Below the pieces are notes generated by a model. The model searched no databases, was not told the origin of the DNA, and was given only the letters and a program-made list of their open reading frames with translations. The translations under genes and the position numbers were made by a program. Positions 47,493 through 57,458 of a DNA stretch of 57,791 nucleotides are shown here, piece by piece (positions within the stretch are counted from its first letter, which is position 1; each line of letters starts with the position of its first letter). Origin of the DNA: Patescibacteria group bacterium (GTDB taxonomy: Bacteria > Patescibacteriota > Microgenomatia > UBA1400 > PJMF01). The stretch covers positions 1 to 57,791 of the forward strand of contig JAHJTF010000022.1 of assembly GCA_018830045.1 (NCBI GenBank), given 5' to 3'.

Positions 47493-48494
47493 CTATTCCT
47501 CAGGATATTCTTTACCCAGATGTTTATAGGCAGCTGCGGTGACCACTCTGCCCTGGGGAGTCCTTTTGAGGAAACCAATTTGTAATAAATAGGGTTCAAT
47601 CACTTCTTCAATGGTGCCAGGATCTTCATTTAGAGTAGCCGCGATGGTGGTGATTCCTACTGGTCCGCCCTGATGATGCTGAATTAAGCTATTAAGTAAG
47701 CGCCTATCAGTTTCGTCTAAACCTTTAGTATCAATGGCAAACATCTCTAAAGCCTGACGAACTTCTTTGGTGGAAATTTGATCAAAGCCGTTAACCTGGG
47801 CGTAATCTCGAACTCGTTTTAAAAGCTTGAGAGCGATTCTAGGAGTTCCTCTGGAGCGCCGGCCAATTTCCAGAGCTGACTGGGGATCAATTTTAACATT
47901 AAGTTTTTTAGCACCTCTGGTAACTACGTCAGTCAATTTTTGGGGTTGATAATAAGTCAGGCGATGAATTAAGCCAAACCGATCTCGAAAGGGTCCAGCT
48001 AATAGACCAAACCTAGTGGTGGCGCCGACAATAGTAAATCGGGGTAGGTCTAAACGGACAGTTCGTGCAGAGGGGCCTTTACCAATAACAATGTCTAGGG
48101 CAAAGTCTTCCATGGCGGGATAAAGGGTTTCCTCTACAATTTTGGGTAAACGGTGAATTTCATCAATGAAAAGGACATCACCATCTTTAAGATTGGTCAG
48201 AATGGCAGCTAAATCACCAGCTTTATTTAAAGCTGTTCCCGAAGTTGCTTTGATATCAGCGTTCATTTCTTTGGCGATTAAATGGGATAGAGTAGTTTTA
48301 CCAAGTCCTGCCGGGCCAAATAATAAAGTATGATCTAATGATTCTTTTCTTTGTAAAGCAGCCTCAATCGCTAAGCGGAGGGATTTTTTAATCGTGTCTT
48401 GCCCCACAAACTCATCCCAGCTCTGGGCCCGTAGTGTTTGCAGGAGAATTTCTTCTTCTGGTGTGTAATCGGTGGGTGCTTGATTCATAGTCAT
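47493..48494 (-). CDS. ruvB: Holliday junction branch-migration helicase RuvB
   Basis: FVGQ, GPAGLGKTTL, FIDEIHRL, LYPAMEDF, GATTR, RDRFG, RGTPRIA, EPYLLQ.GFL.RTP.GR. Confidence 0.98.
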   Translation of the reverse strand: MTMNQAPTDYTPEEEILLQTLRAQSWDEFVGQDTIKKSLRLAIEAALQRKESLDHTLLFGPAGLGKTTLSHLIAKEMNADIKATSGTALNKAGDLAAILTNLKDGDVLFIDEIHRLPKIVEETLYPAMEDFALDIVIGKGPSARTVRLDLPRFTIVGATTRFGLLAGPFRDRFGLIHRLTYYQPQKLTDVVTRGAKKLNVKIDPQSALEIGRRSRGTPRIALKLLKRVRDYAQVNGFDQISTKEVRQALEMFAIDTKGLDETDRRLLNSLIQHHQGGPVGITTIAATLNEDPGTIEEVIEPYLLQIGFLKRTPQGRVVTAAAYKHLGKEYPEE

Positions 48495-49054
48495 CTTAAT
48501 TGCTGTAAGGCTTGCTTAATGGCATCTTGTTCAGATAATTTATCCAGATTTAATTTTTCTAAGACTAAATGAACATTCTCTTCATCCCAGCCTAACGATA
48601 ATAAAGCATCAGCCACAGTTTGCTGTTTGGGTGAAAGTGGGGCAAGATTAAGCTCTTTAAGCTCCCCTAGCTTACCTCGCAACTCAATAATAATTTTTTG
48701 GGCCATTTTTTTACCAACCCTGGGAATAGATTTAAAAAAAGAAACATTAGCTTCTTGGACGGCGGTGATTAATTGATCGGGATCTTTATTTACAATGTGT
48801 AAGGCGGTGGTTGGACCAATCCCAGAAACTGATAGCACCAGCTCGAACAGCTGTTGTTCTTGTAAAGTTAAAAACCCATAAAGCTCCAGTTTTTCTTCTT
48901 TAACATGCGTATGAATGTAGAGCTCAACTTCCTCTTTATGACCCACACTAGATAAAACTTTTTGACTAGCAGAAACTCCGTACCCAACTCCATGAATATC
49001 TAAAATAATTTTGTTTTGCAGCAATTTGGGTTTGCCGCGTAAAAAAGAAATCAT
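48491..49054 (-). CDS. ruvA: Holliday junction protein RuvA (start moved to the ATG at 49054)
   Basis: MISFLRG, GVGY, T.VKEE..ELYGF, VSGIGP..A, P.VGKK.AQKII.EL; -10-like TATATT 6 nt upstream of 49054. Confidence 0.95.
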   Translation of the reverse strand: MISFLRGKPKLLQNKIILDIHGVGYGVSASQKVLSSVGHKEEVELYIHTHVKEEKLELYGFLTLQEQQLFELVLSVSGIGPTTALHIVNKDPDQLITAVQEANVSFFKSIPRVGKKMAQKIIIELRGKLGELKELNLAPLSPKQQTVADALLSLGWDEENVHLVLEKLNLDKLSEQDAIKQALQQLR

Positions 49055-49101
49055 GCCTTTAATATAGCGTAGCAAGCGGTAACCGCCAACGGGAATTTGG
49101 G

Positions 49102-49587
49102 TTATATTCTGGTAACCATGTGTGTTAAGACTATCGCCATGGCATCAATGGCATCGTCGATGATTTTTTTATGAGGTATTTTTAGCTGGAGACGAATCAT
49201 TTTTTCCACCCCTGTTTTGTCAGCATGGCCATCTCCTGTGACAGCTAGTTTGATCTGATTAGGATGGTATTCAAAAATATCTAGTTGATGGCGAGCACAA
49301 CAGCCTAGAATCATCCCTCTAGCCTCACTGACCTGGAGAGCGGTTTTTTTATTAACAGAGAAAAAAAGAGTTTCAATGGCTAACTCTTGGGGCTGGTGTT
49401 TTGTAATAATCTCAGTTAGCCGAGATTCCGTGAGTTGATATCGCTCAACGAGGCTGGAGTTTTTATTAGTTTGGATACAGCCGAAATCGAGAATTTGAGG
49501 TTTATCTTGGGAAGGCAGACCAATTGCCCAGCCAATACGATCATATCCGGGATCAATGCCTAAAATAATTGGCTTATGCTTTTTCAT
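49102..49587 (-). CDS. ruvC: Crossover junction endodeoxyribonuclease RuvC
   Basis: ILGIDPG, AIETLFF..N.KTA..V.EARG, EY.P.QIK.AVTG.G.ADK, DDA.DA.A. Confidence 0.96.
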   Translation of the reverse strand: MKKHKPIILGIDPGYDRIGWAIGLPSQDKPQILDFGCIQTNKNSSLVERYQLTESRLTEIITKHQPQELAIETLFFSVNKKTALQVSEARGMILGCCARHQLDIFEYHPNQIKLAVTGDGHADKTGVEKMIRLQLKIPHKKIIDDAIDAMAIVLTHMVTRI

Positions 49588-50752
49588 GAATGATGGATTT
49601 AATGGTATTAAGAATTATTTGAGCTGATTTTTCCCAGCTAAACCTTGTTAGCTGTTCTTTGCCCTTTTTACGATAGATGGCTTTAGTTTTAGCTGTTTGC
49701 TGGTAAGCAGTCTCCATAGCTTGGTTGATGTCATTGACATTTTTAGGATCAACCAAAATTCCCGCCTCTCCCACTGCTTCGGGCAGGCTAGACACATTAG
49801 AGACAATGGGCAAACAGCCATACTGTAGAGATTCTAAAGGTGGAATGCCAAACCCTTCATAAAGACCAATGAGCAAGCTAGCCACAGCATCTTGATAAAG
49901 AATGGGCTTAATTTCATCTTTGACAAATCCGGGGAGAATAATCTGATCTAAAAAAGGTGAGGCCTTAATTCTGTTAATAATTGGATCAGTCAACCAGCCA
50001 ATTTTTCCTGCCAGAACTAGTTGGGGCAGTAACTTCTGTCTCTTGTTTTTACCAAAGTTTTGGCTACTTAAGCGACGGCAAAATTTTTCATAAGCTTCTA
50101 CCAAGATAAGTAAATTTTTTCTGGGCTGAAAAGTACCAATAAACAGAAAATAAGGTCGCCTGATGCGATGACGCTTAAAAAATTCCTTGGATTGAGTAGT
50201 TGTAGCAGGGGAAATTTCAGCCACAGCGGGTGGAGCCACCACCACATCCGTCTCATTTTTGTGATAAGTCTTAACGACATCAGCTTTAGTAAAGCTACTA
50301 ATGGCAATGACTTTATTAGCATGCTTAACGCTGTAACTAGTCCAATGTTTGAGCTGAATTAAATCTGATTGTTGAAATTGATCAGGGTACTTTAAAAAGG
50401 CTAGATCCATTACCGAAGAAACATAAGGGATAGGACAACATCTGGGGGCATAATGTCCGGGAGTAAAAAAAACATCATATTGATCTTTGTTTAAAAACAA
50501 ATGAATTGGCTCCCTAAACTGAGTCCATAAAAATTGGGGTCCAAATACCTTATACTCAAAGCCAGCTCTTGGAGTAGGCAGATCTGCTACGGGCTGGCTG
50601 CTAAGGAATACACAGATGTGATAATCCGGGTCTTGTTGAGTCAATTTTTCTATTGCTTTCAAAATTTCAAAAGCATAAATATTACTGCCCACCCGATCAA
50701 TGGTGTTGGCTTCATTGGCATCGATAGCGAGGTTAATTTTTTTTTGGTTCAT
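49574..50752 (-). CDS. Glycosyltransferase family 4
   Basis: F.P.HY.P, MDLAFL.YP, IGT.QPRKN, YEGFGIPPLE, SSLPE..G.AG, FSWEKSA. Confidence 0.9.
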   Translation of the reverse strand: MNQKKINLAIDANEANTIDRVGSNIYAFEILKAIEKLTQQDPDYHICVFLSSQPVADLPTPRAGFEYKVFGPQFLWTQFREPIHLFLNKDQYDVFFTPGHYAPRCCPIPYVSSVMDLAFLKYPDQFQQSDLIQLKHWTSYSVKHANKVIAISSFTKADVVKTYHKNETDVVVAPPAVAEISPATTTQSKEFFKRHRIRRPYFLFIGTFQPRKNLLILVEAYEKFCRRLSSQNFGKNKRQKLLPQLVLAGKIGWLTDPIINRIKASPFLDQIILPGFVKDEIKPILYQDAVASLLIGLYEGFGIPPLESLQYGCLPIVSNVSSLPEAVGEAGILVDPKNVNDINQAMETAYQQTAKTKAIYRKKGKEQLTRFSWEKSAQIILNTIKSIIHEKA

Positions 50753-51864
50753 TGGCGCGATTGAATTGCTTTTTTGTAAACCTCAATAGTTTCATCTGCG
50801 ACTCTGTCCCAACTAAACATCTGGAGTCTAATGATCATTCTTTGGAGACGTTTTTTTTGCTCTTCAAGAGGTTCATTGAGAATGGTAGTAATACCCTGAC
50901 GAATACTCTCCACACTTTCAGGATTAACTAATTCTGCGGCATTACCTGCTACTTCTGGCATGGAAGAAACATTGGAAGTCACAACTGGTGCGCCGTGAAA
51001 AAAGGCTTCTAAAATTGGCAAGCCAAAACCCTCATAGAGGCTGGGATAGCAAAAGACCTCTGCTTCGGCATATAAAACTATCAGCTCGCCATCATTAACT
51101 TGGCCTAAAAACCGCAAATTAGGATGTTGGATCTGTTCGGATTTATCCCAGCCTTTTTCTCCAGCCACAATCAGCTGGTAATCGTTGGCTAAAGGCTTCC
51201 AAGCTTCTATTAAGCGGGCCAGATTTTTGCGAGGTTCTCTAGTCCCGACAAATAGTAAATAAGGTCGAGTTAAGTGTAATCTATCTTTAATATGTTCTGC
51301 TTTATCTTCACCCAAAAATTGACTGGTAATTTTAAATTCATTGGGTAAAGCCTCATGAACTACTTGGACCTGGTAGTGAGGAATTCCTAATAAGTTAATA
51401 ATGTCCTTTTTGGATGCCTGACTCACGGCAATAATCTGAGCTTGACGTTCTTTAAGAATTTTCCATGAGCGCTGATGAGCTCTAAGAATACCAGAGTGCG
51501 CAGTCTCGGGAAATTTGATCATAGATACATCGTGAATGGTAGAAACAAGGGGAAGATCTTGATCTGGAGGCTGAATCCAATCCCAAGAATGAAATAACTC
51601 AATTTGAGGTAAGTGTCTTTTGACTTTATTTTGCCCCATTCTCCACAGTGAGCCCATAATAGAAGGAGGGAGAGAGTGTAAAGAAAAGTTTTTTAGTTTA
51701 TTTTTTTGGATAAAATTTTCCAAAATTTGTCTGCGGCGCAAAGAGTAGCCAAACACGCAGACTTCAGCTGAGGAACGTTTATTTAGCACCTCAACTAGAT
51801 TAGAAGTATAGCGTGATACACCTCTGCCATAGATGATGGGCGTGATATCAATGCCGATTTTCAT
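50749..51864 (-). CDS. Glycosyltransferase family 4
   Basis: GVSRY, TIHD, VGTREPRKNL, YPSLYEGFGLPILEA, SSMPEVAG, FSWD..A. Confidence 0.92.
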   Translation of the reverse strand: MKIGIDITPIIYGRGVSRYTSNLVEVLNKRSSAEVCVFGYSLRRRQILENFIQKNKLKNFSLHSLPPSIMGSLWRMGQNKVKRHLPQIELFHSWDWIQPPDQDLPLVSTIHDVSMIKFPETAHSGILRAHQRSWKILKERQAQIIAVSQASKKDIINLLGIPHYQVQVVHEALPNEFKITSQFLGEDKAEHIKDRLHLTRPYLLFVGTREPRKNLARLIEAWKPLANDYQLIVAGEKGWDKSEQIQHPNLRFLGQVNDGELIVLYAEAEVFCYPSLYEGFGLPILEAFFHGAPVVTSNVSSMPEVAGNAAELVNPESVESIRQGITTILNEPLEEQKKRLQRMIIRLQMFSWDRVADETIEVYKKAIQSRQ

Positions 51865-53387
51865 AGGTTGAATGTTGATAATTTTGCGGTTGGCTTATTT
51901 CTACTAAAGACTCTCACAAAACCGATGTTAGGATAGTCTAACGTATTTATCTCATGAAAGCCAAGCGACCACAGCTCCGTTCTAAGTTGATCGTCTGGAT
52001 CAGTTAAATCTCGTAGATAGTCAAAAAGTAATACATAGCGATAATCATTTACACTTTTGGTGATACTAGACAGTGCCATCACATTTTTGATATAGAGTTT
52101 GCCGGTGGTTACCACTGGATAATTTTCTTGGTCATACCAGACCCAGGGAGAAAATGGCGCCGGATAGGAAAAAAGTAAGACTGTTTCTGAGACGGGATAA
52201 TTTTTAGCTATCTCTTGATATAAGGAGCGCCAGTTTTCTCTTTGATAGCGCACATTGAGATGATATTGGAGAGTGCCAGAGAGATTAAGGGCTAATAGTA
52301 ATGAGACTATGATCGTCCCAAAATGCTTGCGTTTGGTCTTAGTAGACATGTAGGCTAAAGAGCTCATGAGTAAATATAAAGCTGGCAAAAGATATAAAAC
52401 TCGCTTAGGTTGGATCACGGGAACAAAAAAGGACACCAGCCAGGCAGATGTCATTGGAATTACTAAGTAAATTAATAAGAGTTGAATGGTTTGGGCAAAT
52501 CTTGGTTTTTTAAACGATTTTCGATCGAGATAAACTAGGTATAAACTCCCAAAAAATATGACCGCTGTAATGCCAATGAAAAATTGATTGAGCTCAATGT
52601 TAATCATGCCAAAGATAAATTTCCCCATGACTAGACCAGGACTTTTGAGCTGAGAAATACTCACCACGTTTTCCCAGCCTGGTAGTTGCTGTCTGACATT
52701 TTCACCCACTTGCAGCTGTTCTAGAAATTTAGGCAGCCAAGGTAGAAATCCTAAAATCACCATGCTGGAGCTAGCAGCGACTTCTCGCCACCACCGCTTG
52801 TGACAACACATCATCCACAGAAGTTGCGATAACCACAAAAATGGATATAAGTACGAAGAATAAAGACCCAGCAAAGAAGTTAGGGCATAGCCAAACCAGT
52901 TTGACTTAGAAAATTTAATTTTTCGAGTGGCTTTAATTAAATAAAGCCACGATAAAACTGCAAACATGGCGGGCAATGAATAGGGCCGCAGCTCTTGTGA
53001 ATAAAAAATATGAAACGAAGAAGTAGCTAAGAGCAAGGCGGCGATGATGCCCACATTTTTATTCTGTAATTTTTTGCCAATTTCATAGCTAGCCCAAATA
53101 GTAATCAGTCCCGGGATTAAGGCACCAATGGTTCGTAGCCACCACTCGGTAGTAGAAATTTTCATGGTAAAAAATAGCAACAGATGGATTAAGGGGGGCT
53201 GAAAATCATTGGCAATATCTAGTTGTTGCGACCAAGGACGAGCGCTTTCTAAAGCCTGAGCGGCTTCATCTAACCAAAATGAACCGTTGAGATGAGGGAG
53301 GCGTAAACCAAGGGCTAAAATTAAGATTAATAGAATGAAACTGTGTTGTTGCCATAACTTTTTGACCATCCTTTTTATTATGGACAA
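51861..53387 (-). CDS. GT-C membrane glycosyltransferase (ArnT/PMT-like)
   Basis: LRL..L..SFWLDEA, D..PPL, YSQELRPY, PWLP, RENWR. Confidence 0.82.
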   Translation of the reverse strand: MSIIKRMVKKLWQQHSFILLILILALGLRLPHLNGSFWLDEAAQALESARPWSQQLDIANDFQPPLIHLLLFFTMKISTTEWWLRTIGALIPGLITIWASYEIGKKLQNKNVGIIAALLLATSSFHIFYSQELRPYSLPAMFAVLSWLYLIKATRKIKFSKSNWFGYALTSLLGLYSSYLYPFLWLSQLLWMMCCHKRWWREVAASSSMVILGFLPWLPKFLEQLQVGENVRQQLPGWENVVSISQLKSPGLVMGKFIFGMINIELNQFFIGITAVIFFGSLYLVYLDRKSFKKPRFAQTIQLLLIYLVIPMTSAWLVSFFVPVIQPKRVLYLLPALYLLMSSLAYMSTKTKRKHFGTIIVSLLLALNLSGTLQYHLNVRYQRENWRSLYQEIAKNYPVSETVLLFSYPAPFSPWVWYDQENYPVVTTGKLYIKNVMALSSITKSVNDYRYVLLFDYLRDLTDPDDQLRTELWSLGFHEINTLDYPNIGFVRVFSRNKPTAKLSTFNL

Positions 53388-53443
53388 TCAAGACAAATAT
53401 GACTAGATTGGGTTTTACTTGAATTTAGGCTAAAATATAGTTC

Positions 53444-54424
53444 ATGCAAAAATATTTTGAAAAACAAACAGTGTTAGTGACAGGAGCGGCAGGTTTTGTG
53501 GGCTCTCATTTAGTGGATAAGCTTTTAGAGCTTAGAGCGACAGTCATAGGAGTTGATAATTTTATTACTGGTCGCAAAGAAAATATTGCTCATTTATTTG
53601 CAGGCGAGTCAACTGTGAAAAATTTTGCTTTTCTGGAAACTGATGCCACTGCACCCCCGGCTAGTTATTTAGATGAAGACGCCAAAATTGATCTCATCTT
53701 TCATCTAGCCTCCCCCGCCAGCCCCCCCCGATACCAAGAGTTTCCGGTTGAGACTTATTTAATCAATTCGTTGGGTACTCATCATCTCTTAGATTATTTA
53801 CACACCACTAATCCTCAAGGCAGATTTGTTTATGCGAGTAGTTCTGAGATTTATGGTGACCCCGATATTCATCCTCAAACTGAGGGCTATTGGGGTAATG
53901 TTAATCCCAATGGCGTGCGATCTTGCTATGACGAGAGCAAGCGTTTGGGAGAGACCATTTGCGGGGTTTTTGCCAGAGATTTCAAAATGGATGTCCGCAT
54001 AGCCCGGATATTTAATACCTATGGCCCGCGAATGGATCCAGCCGATGGGCGAGTGATTCCTAATTTTATCCAACAAGCATTAAAAAACCAACCCATGACG
54101 GTTTATGGTGAGGGAGATCAAACGCGTTCTTATTGTTATGTGGATGATTTGGTCGATGGGTTGTTGAGGCTGGGCAACATGGATCAAGCCAAGAGTGAAA
54201 CCATTAATTTAGGTAATCCGGATGAATATAGTATTAATGAAACGGCTAAGATGATTAAAACTTTGTTAAAGTCCGAGAGCAAAATCATTTTTCAAAATTT
54301 ACCTGAAGATGATCCTGCCAGGCGTAAGCCAGATATAAGTAAAGCAAAGAAGCTGTTGGGGTGGTATCCACGAGTGACGTTTAAGGAGGGGTTAGAAAAG
54401 ACGATTCTGCAAACACAAACTTGA
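53444..54424 (+). CDS. UDP-glucuronate decarboxylase (UDP-xylose synthase)-like SDR
   Basis: VTGAAGFVGSHL, HLASPASP..Y, ASSSEIYGDP..HPQ.E.YWGNVNP.G.RSCYDE.KR, RIFNTYGPRM...DGRV, QTRS.CYVDD. Confidence 0.9.
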   Translation: MQKYFEKQTVLVTGAAGFVGSHLVDKLLELRATVIGVDNFITGRKENIAHLFAGESTVKNFAFLETDATAPPASYLDEDAKIDLIFHLASPASPPRYQEFPVETYLINSLGTHHLLDYLHTTNPQGRFVYASSSEIYGDPDIHPQTEGYWGNVNPNGVRSCYDESKRLGETICGVFARDFKMDVRIARIFNTYGPRMDPADGRVIPNFIQQALKNQPMTVYGEGDQTRSYCYVDDLVDGLLRLGNMDQAKSETINLGNPDEYSINETAKMIKTLLKSESKIIFQNLPEDDPARRKPDISKAKKLLGWYPRVTFKEGLEKTILQTQT

Positions 54425-57386
54425 ACTCTACCTTGGCGTGTTTTTTTAACTCTTTGGGAAAATCTTCAAAGAAATAGTAATTGTCGGGATGTGGTTGGAG
54501 CCATTGATCGTTCTGGCTAATAAAGTAGAGGCGTTTAACCTCAGGGTGTTTTTCTAGTTGGAGCAAGGTGTCATAAACAAAGAGATTTTGAGCTGGATTA
54601 GTGTGATGGGAGGCAGTATCAAGGGTGACAAACCAGGTATCTCCAAGGGCAAAGCGTTGGAATTGAGGACCAAAGATAGTGTTTTTTTGGGGACTATAAT
54701 TGCTTAAAACAGAAACGATGGGAGTCTGGAAACTTGCTCCGAGGCGTTGTAAAAATAACGTTCCCCAATTAATTTCTCGGTTTTGACTTGCATCACCCAC
54801 GAGAAAAATTAGATCGGGTTGTTGGTTAATTAAATCTTGTTTGAGCTGTTGCTGTTTTTGGGTGAGAAATTTACTAGAGCCAAGCTCGGCAATTAGCTGG
54901 TTACTGACTACTAGAAAGTTAAGTTTATTTGAGATTGTTTTTAAGTGTTTATGGTTCCAAGTCTGAGGTTGAGTGGGAATAATGACCTCACTGGCTAGGA
55001 GCTGATAGTAGTTACATGCCTGTCGACAATCAATGTCTTTGAGTTGAATGCCAAATTGTTGCTTATAGTTTTCAAAGGCTTCATTAACTACCTGTTGTTG
55101 ACTAACATTGGCATTAGTAATAAATAATTCCTGCCAAGGATTTTGCGCAATGAGTTGCCGATAAGTTTCTAGGTCTTGGGCTGTGATGGGTTGGATTTGA
55201 TATCCATCTTGACCATAAAGATCAAATAAAACAGGTTCAATGGTGGTTAGTAAAATTGGCTGTGGTTTATTCTCAAAAACCCTGGTGGGTAAGTAACGAT
55301 TGGCTCGTCTAATGGCCACAAAGCTACTGGGACGATAGGTATCGCGGAAGCTAGCCAAGATACTGCCGGTCATGTTAAGAAAGTGTTGGACTAAACCTAA
55401 ATGAATTAAAGTAAACACTATGAATAAGTAATTCCATAATTTGGAGATCGGGCGAGGCCTAATGTGACGAATTAATCGATAAATAATGATGAGTAAAAGA
55501 AGCAGCCATAAATTAATGGGGCTAGATTTGGTAGGCAGGGAGTAAAAACTGGGTGTGGTAAAAATAAGTAGCAGTAAAAGAAATCTAAAAATTGAGTCAG
55601 GGGTGAATTTTCTAATTAGAAGATCTAATAAAAACACACTCCCTATCATCAAGATCAAATTGGCAAAGTAAAACATGGCTGGTTCGTGGTAAAGAAGATA
55701 GAAGGGGAGTAAATACAGACTGTAGGTAGCTCCAATGCCCGGTTGATATTGATAAAAACAATCCATCCAGTTCTGCCAATTCATGTTAGTTAGCCAGCAC
55801 TCACTAGTGGCGGTATACTTGGCTGAAGTGGAGCTGAGGGCAAAGCTTTTGACTAAGCTGTACTCGCTAAAGGGTCGCTTGTGAACTAAAAGAATTAAGA
55901 AGATCCCAGCAACTAAAATGGGCCAGAATTTTTTCAGCCAGCTTAAAATACGTTTAAGTCGCGCTAATTCTTGTTGTTTAACTATTTTTTCATTCAACAG
56001 AGTGTAGCTTTTAAGCGTTAAACCAGCCATGGCCCAATAGGTAAAGGCGACTTTGGAGGCGGCAAAGACGTCAATGATAAAAGCGTTGATAAATAGACCC
56101 ACAGTGGCAGCTAGGAAGCCAATGGTGAGAGTTTGATTCAGCTTATCTTTAGGTAGTTTTAAAAGCAGAGTTTTGACAATTAAGATAATGATGCCAAAGA
56201 AGGCAATAAAGCCCAAGAGTCCGGTTTCACCCAAAACTCGCAAGAAGTTGTTATCTGTCCCATCAGCTTGTGTAAACTCGGTTTCTCCCACTCTATTTAA
56301 CGTGGCGTATCCTTTCCCTGTAAAGGGATTGATGCTAAAACCATCTAGGGCTTGGGGCCAGAGGGTATCAAGACGAATCCCCATGGAAAGACCGTATTTA
56401 CGGGCGTTAAGTGACCAGGTTTCATCACCCTTAAGGCTAGTAGCGTCAATGGGAGTGGAAAAACCAGCTGGGCGTAGAAAAGGAGCAAGTTTATACAACA
56501 GAGGCTTCTGCCACAACCATAGAATACTAAAGACCACTATGATTGTTACTCCAGCTCCACCTAAAATAACTAGATTTGTTTTCATAACTCCAAGCTTAGT
56601 TCGAAGCCAAAACCACAGGGGTAAAGCTAGAGAAACCAAACATCCCGCTAGAGCTGTTTTAGAACCACTTTCCCATAACAACCAGCCACCGCTAACTACG
56701 CTCAGTCCTAGCCACAGCTGTAAAAAAAGAGAGGATGAGGAAAGTATCCAAGTGAAGATTAATGGCACCACAATTAGTAACCAGGCCGCTAGATCATAGT
56801 GTCCACCAAAAGTAGATTGAAGTTTATCCGCCGGATTGAGAAATAGTAACTGACCCTTGCTGTACTCTCTGTTCATGGTGGAGAAAGCAGGCCAGTGGAA
56901 GTAGCGCTGACCGACTCCATAGATAAAAACTAGATTTAGCACTACCACTAAAGCAGTTAAAGCAATTTGAGCCTGACGTTTGGTTTTAACTCCGGAGTAC
57001 ATAAAGAGAAATAACGAAAAGTATTCCAGATAACGGAAGTAATGAAGTAAGCTTTTACCTAAATGAACAAATTGGAGAGGAATGGTTTGTTGGAGAGCAG
57101 TGGCAACTAGGAGAGAAAGTAGACCTGCCAGGGCATAAGCAATGATGAGAAAATGGAAGCTGGTTCTCCACTGGATTTTCTTACGTAAGAGCTGATTTAG
57201 CCACACTAAACCAGTAGCTAGCACCAAGAGATCTTCTATTCTCACCCTGACTATATAACCCGGGATAGCATCTAAAAGCGGCAGTTTGGGGTAAAGCGGG
57301 ATGAAGATGAGGAGAAAGAGGCTGAGAGTAAAGAGACCGTGTTGGTCAAACCAAGTAATGAGTTGTTTGATACGATAAAGCCTCAT
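54381..57386 (-). CDS. 1001-aa fusion: O-antigen-ligase-like domain, degenerate GT-C-like membrane block and degenerate metallophosphoesterase-like tail
   Basis: The N-terminal ~465 aa are paralogous to 42730-44376; more TM helices follow; the tail has PDLIFLVGDA, PIVSVLSNY and FVTLDT. Confidence 0.7.
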   Translation of the reverse strand: MRLYRIKQLITWFDQHGLFTLSLFLLIFIPLYPKLPLLDAIPGYIVRVRIEDLLVLATGLVWLNQLLRKKIQWRTSFHFLIIAYALAGLLSLLVATALQQTIPLQFVHLGKSLLHYFRYLEYFSLFLFMYSGVKTKRQAQIALTALVVVLNLVFIYGVGQRYFHWPAFSTMNREYSKGQLLFLNPADKLQSTFGGHYDLAAWLLIVVPLIFTWILSSSSLFLQLWLGLSVVSGGWLLWESGSKTALAGCLVSLALPLWFWLRTKLGVMKTNLVILGGAGVTIIVVFSILWLWQKPLLYKLAPFLRPAGFSTPIDATSLKGDETWSLNARKYGLSMGIRLDTLWPQALDGFSINPFTGKGYATLNRVGETEFTQADGTDNNFLRVLGETGLLGFIAFFGIIILIVKTLLLKLPKDKLNQTLTIGFLAATVGLFINAFIIDVFAASKVAFTYWAMAGLTLKSYTLLNEKIVKQQELARLKRILSWLKKFWPILVAGIFLILLVHKRPFSEYSLVKSFALSSTSAKYTATSECWLTNMNWQNWMDCFYQYQPGIGATYSLYLLPFYLLYHEPAMFYFANLILMIGSVFLLDLLIRKFTPDSIFRFLLLLLIFTTPSFYSLPTKSSPINLWLLLLLIIIYRLIRHIRPRPISKLWNYLFIVFTLIHLGLVQHFLNMTGSILASFRDTYRPSSFVAIRRANRYLPTRVFENKPQPILLTTIEPVLFDLYGQDGYQIQPITAQDLETYRQLIAQNPWQELFITNANVSQQQVVNEAFENYKQQFGIQLKDIDCRQACNYYQLLASEVIIPTQPQTWNHKHLKTISNKLNFLVVSNQLIAELGSSKFLTQKQQQLKQDLINQQPDLIFLVGDASQNREINWGTLFLQRLGASFQTPIVSVLSNYSPQKNTIFGPQFQRFALGDTWFVTLDTASHHTNPAQNLFVYDTLLQLEKHPEVKRLYFISQNDQWLQPHPDNYYFFEDFPKELKKHAKVEFKFVFAESSFLTPP

Positions 57387-57458
57387 ATACTTATCTTAGC
57401 ATTACATCGATCTAAACCTAGTATAAGACAATAATCTAAGGTAAAGTAGCGTTATAAA

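Noticed and set aside
56173-56799. 208-aa plus-strand ORF
   Set aside because: Entirely antisense to the ligase-like domain, whose sense frame is confirmed by the paralog.
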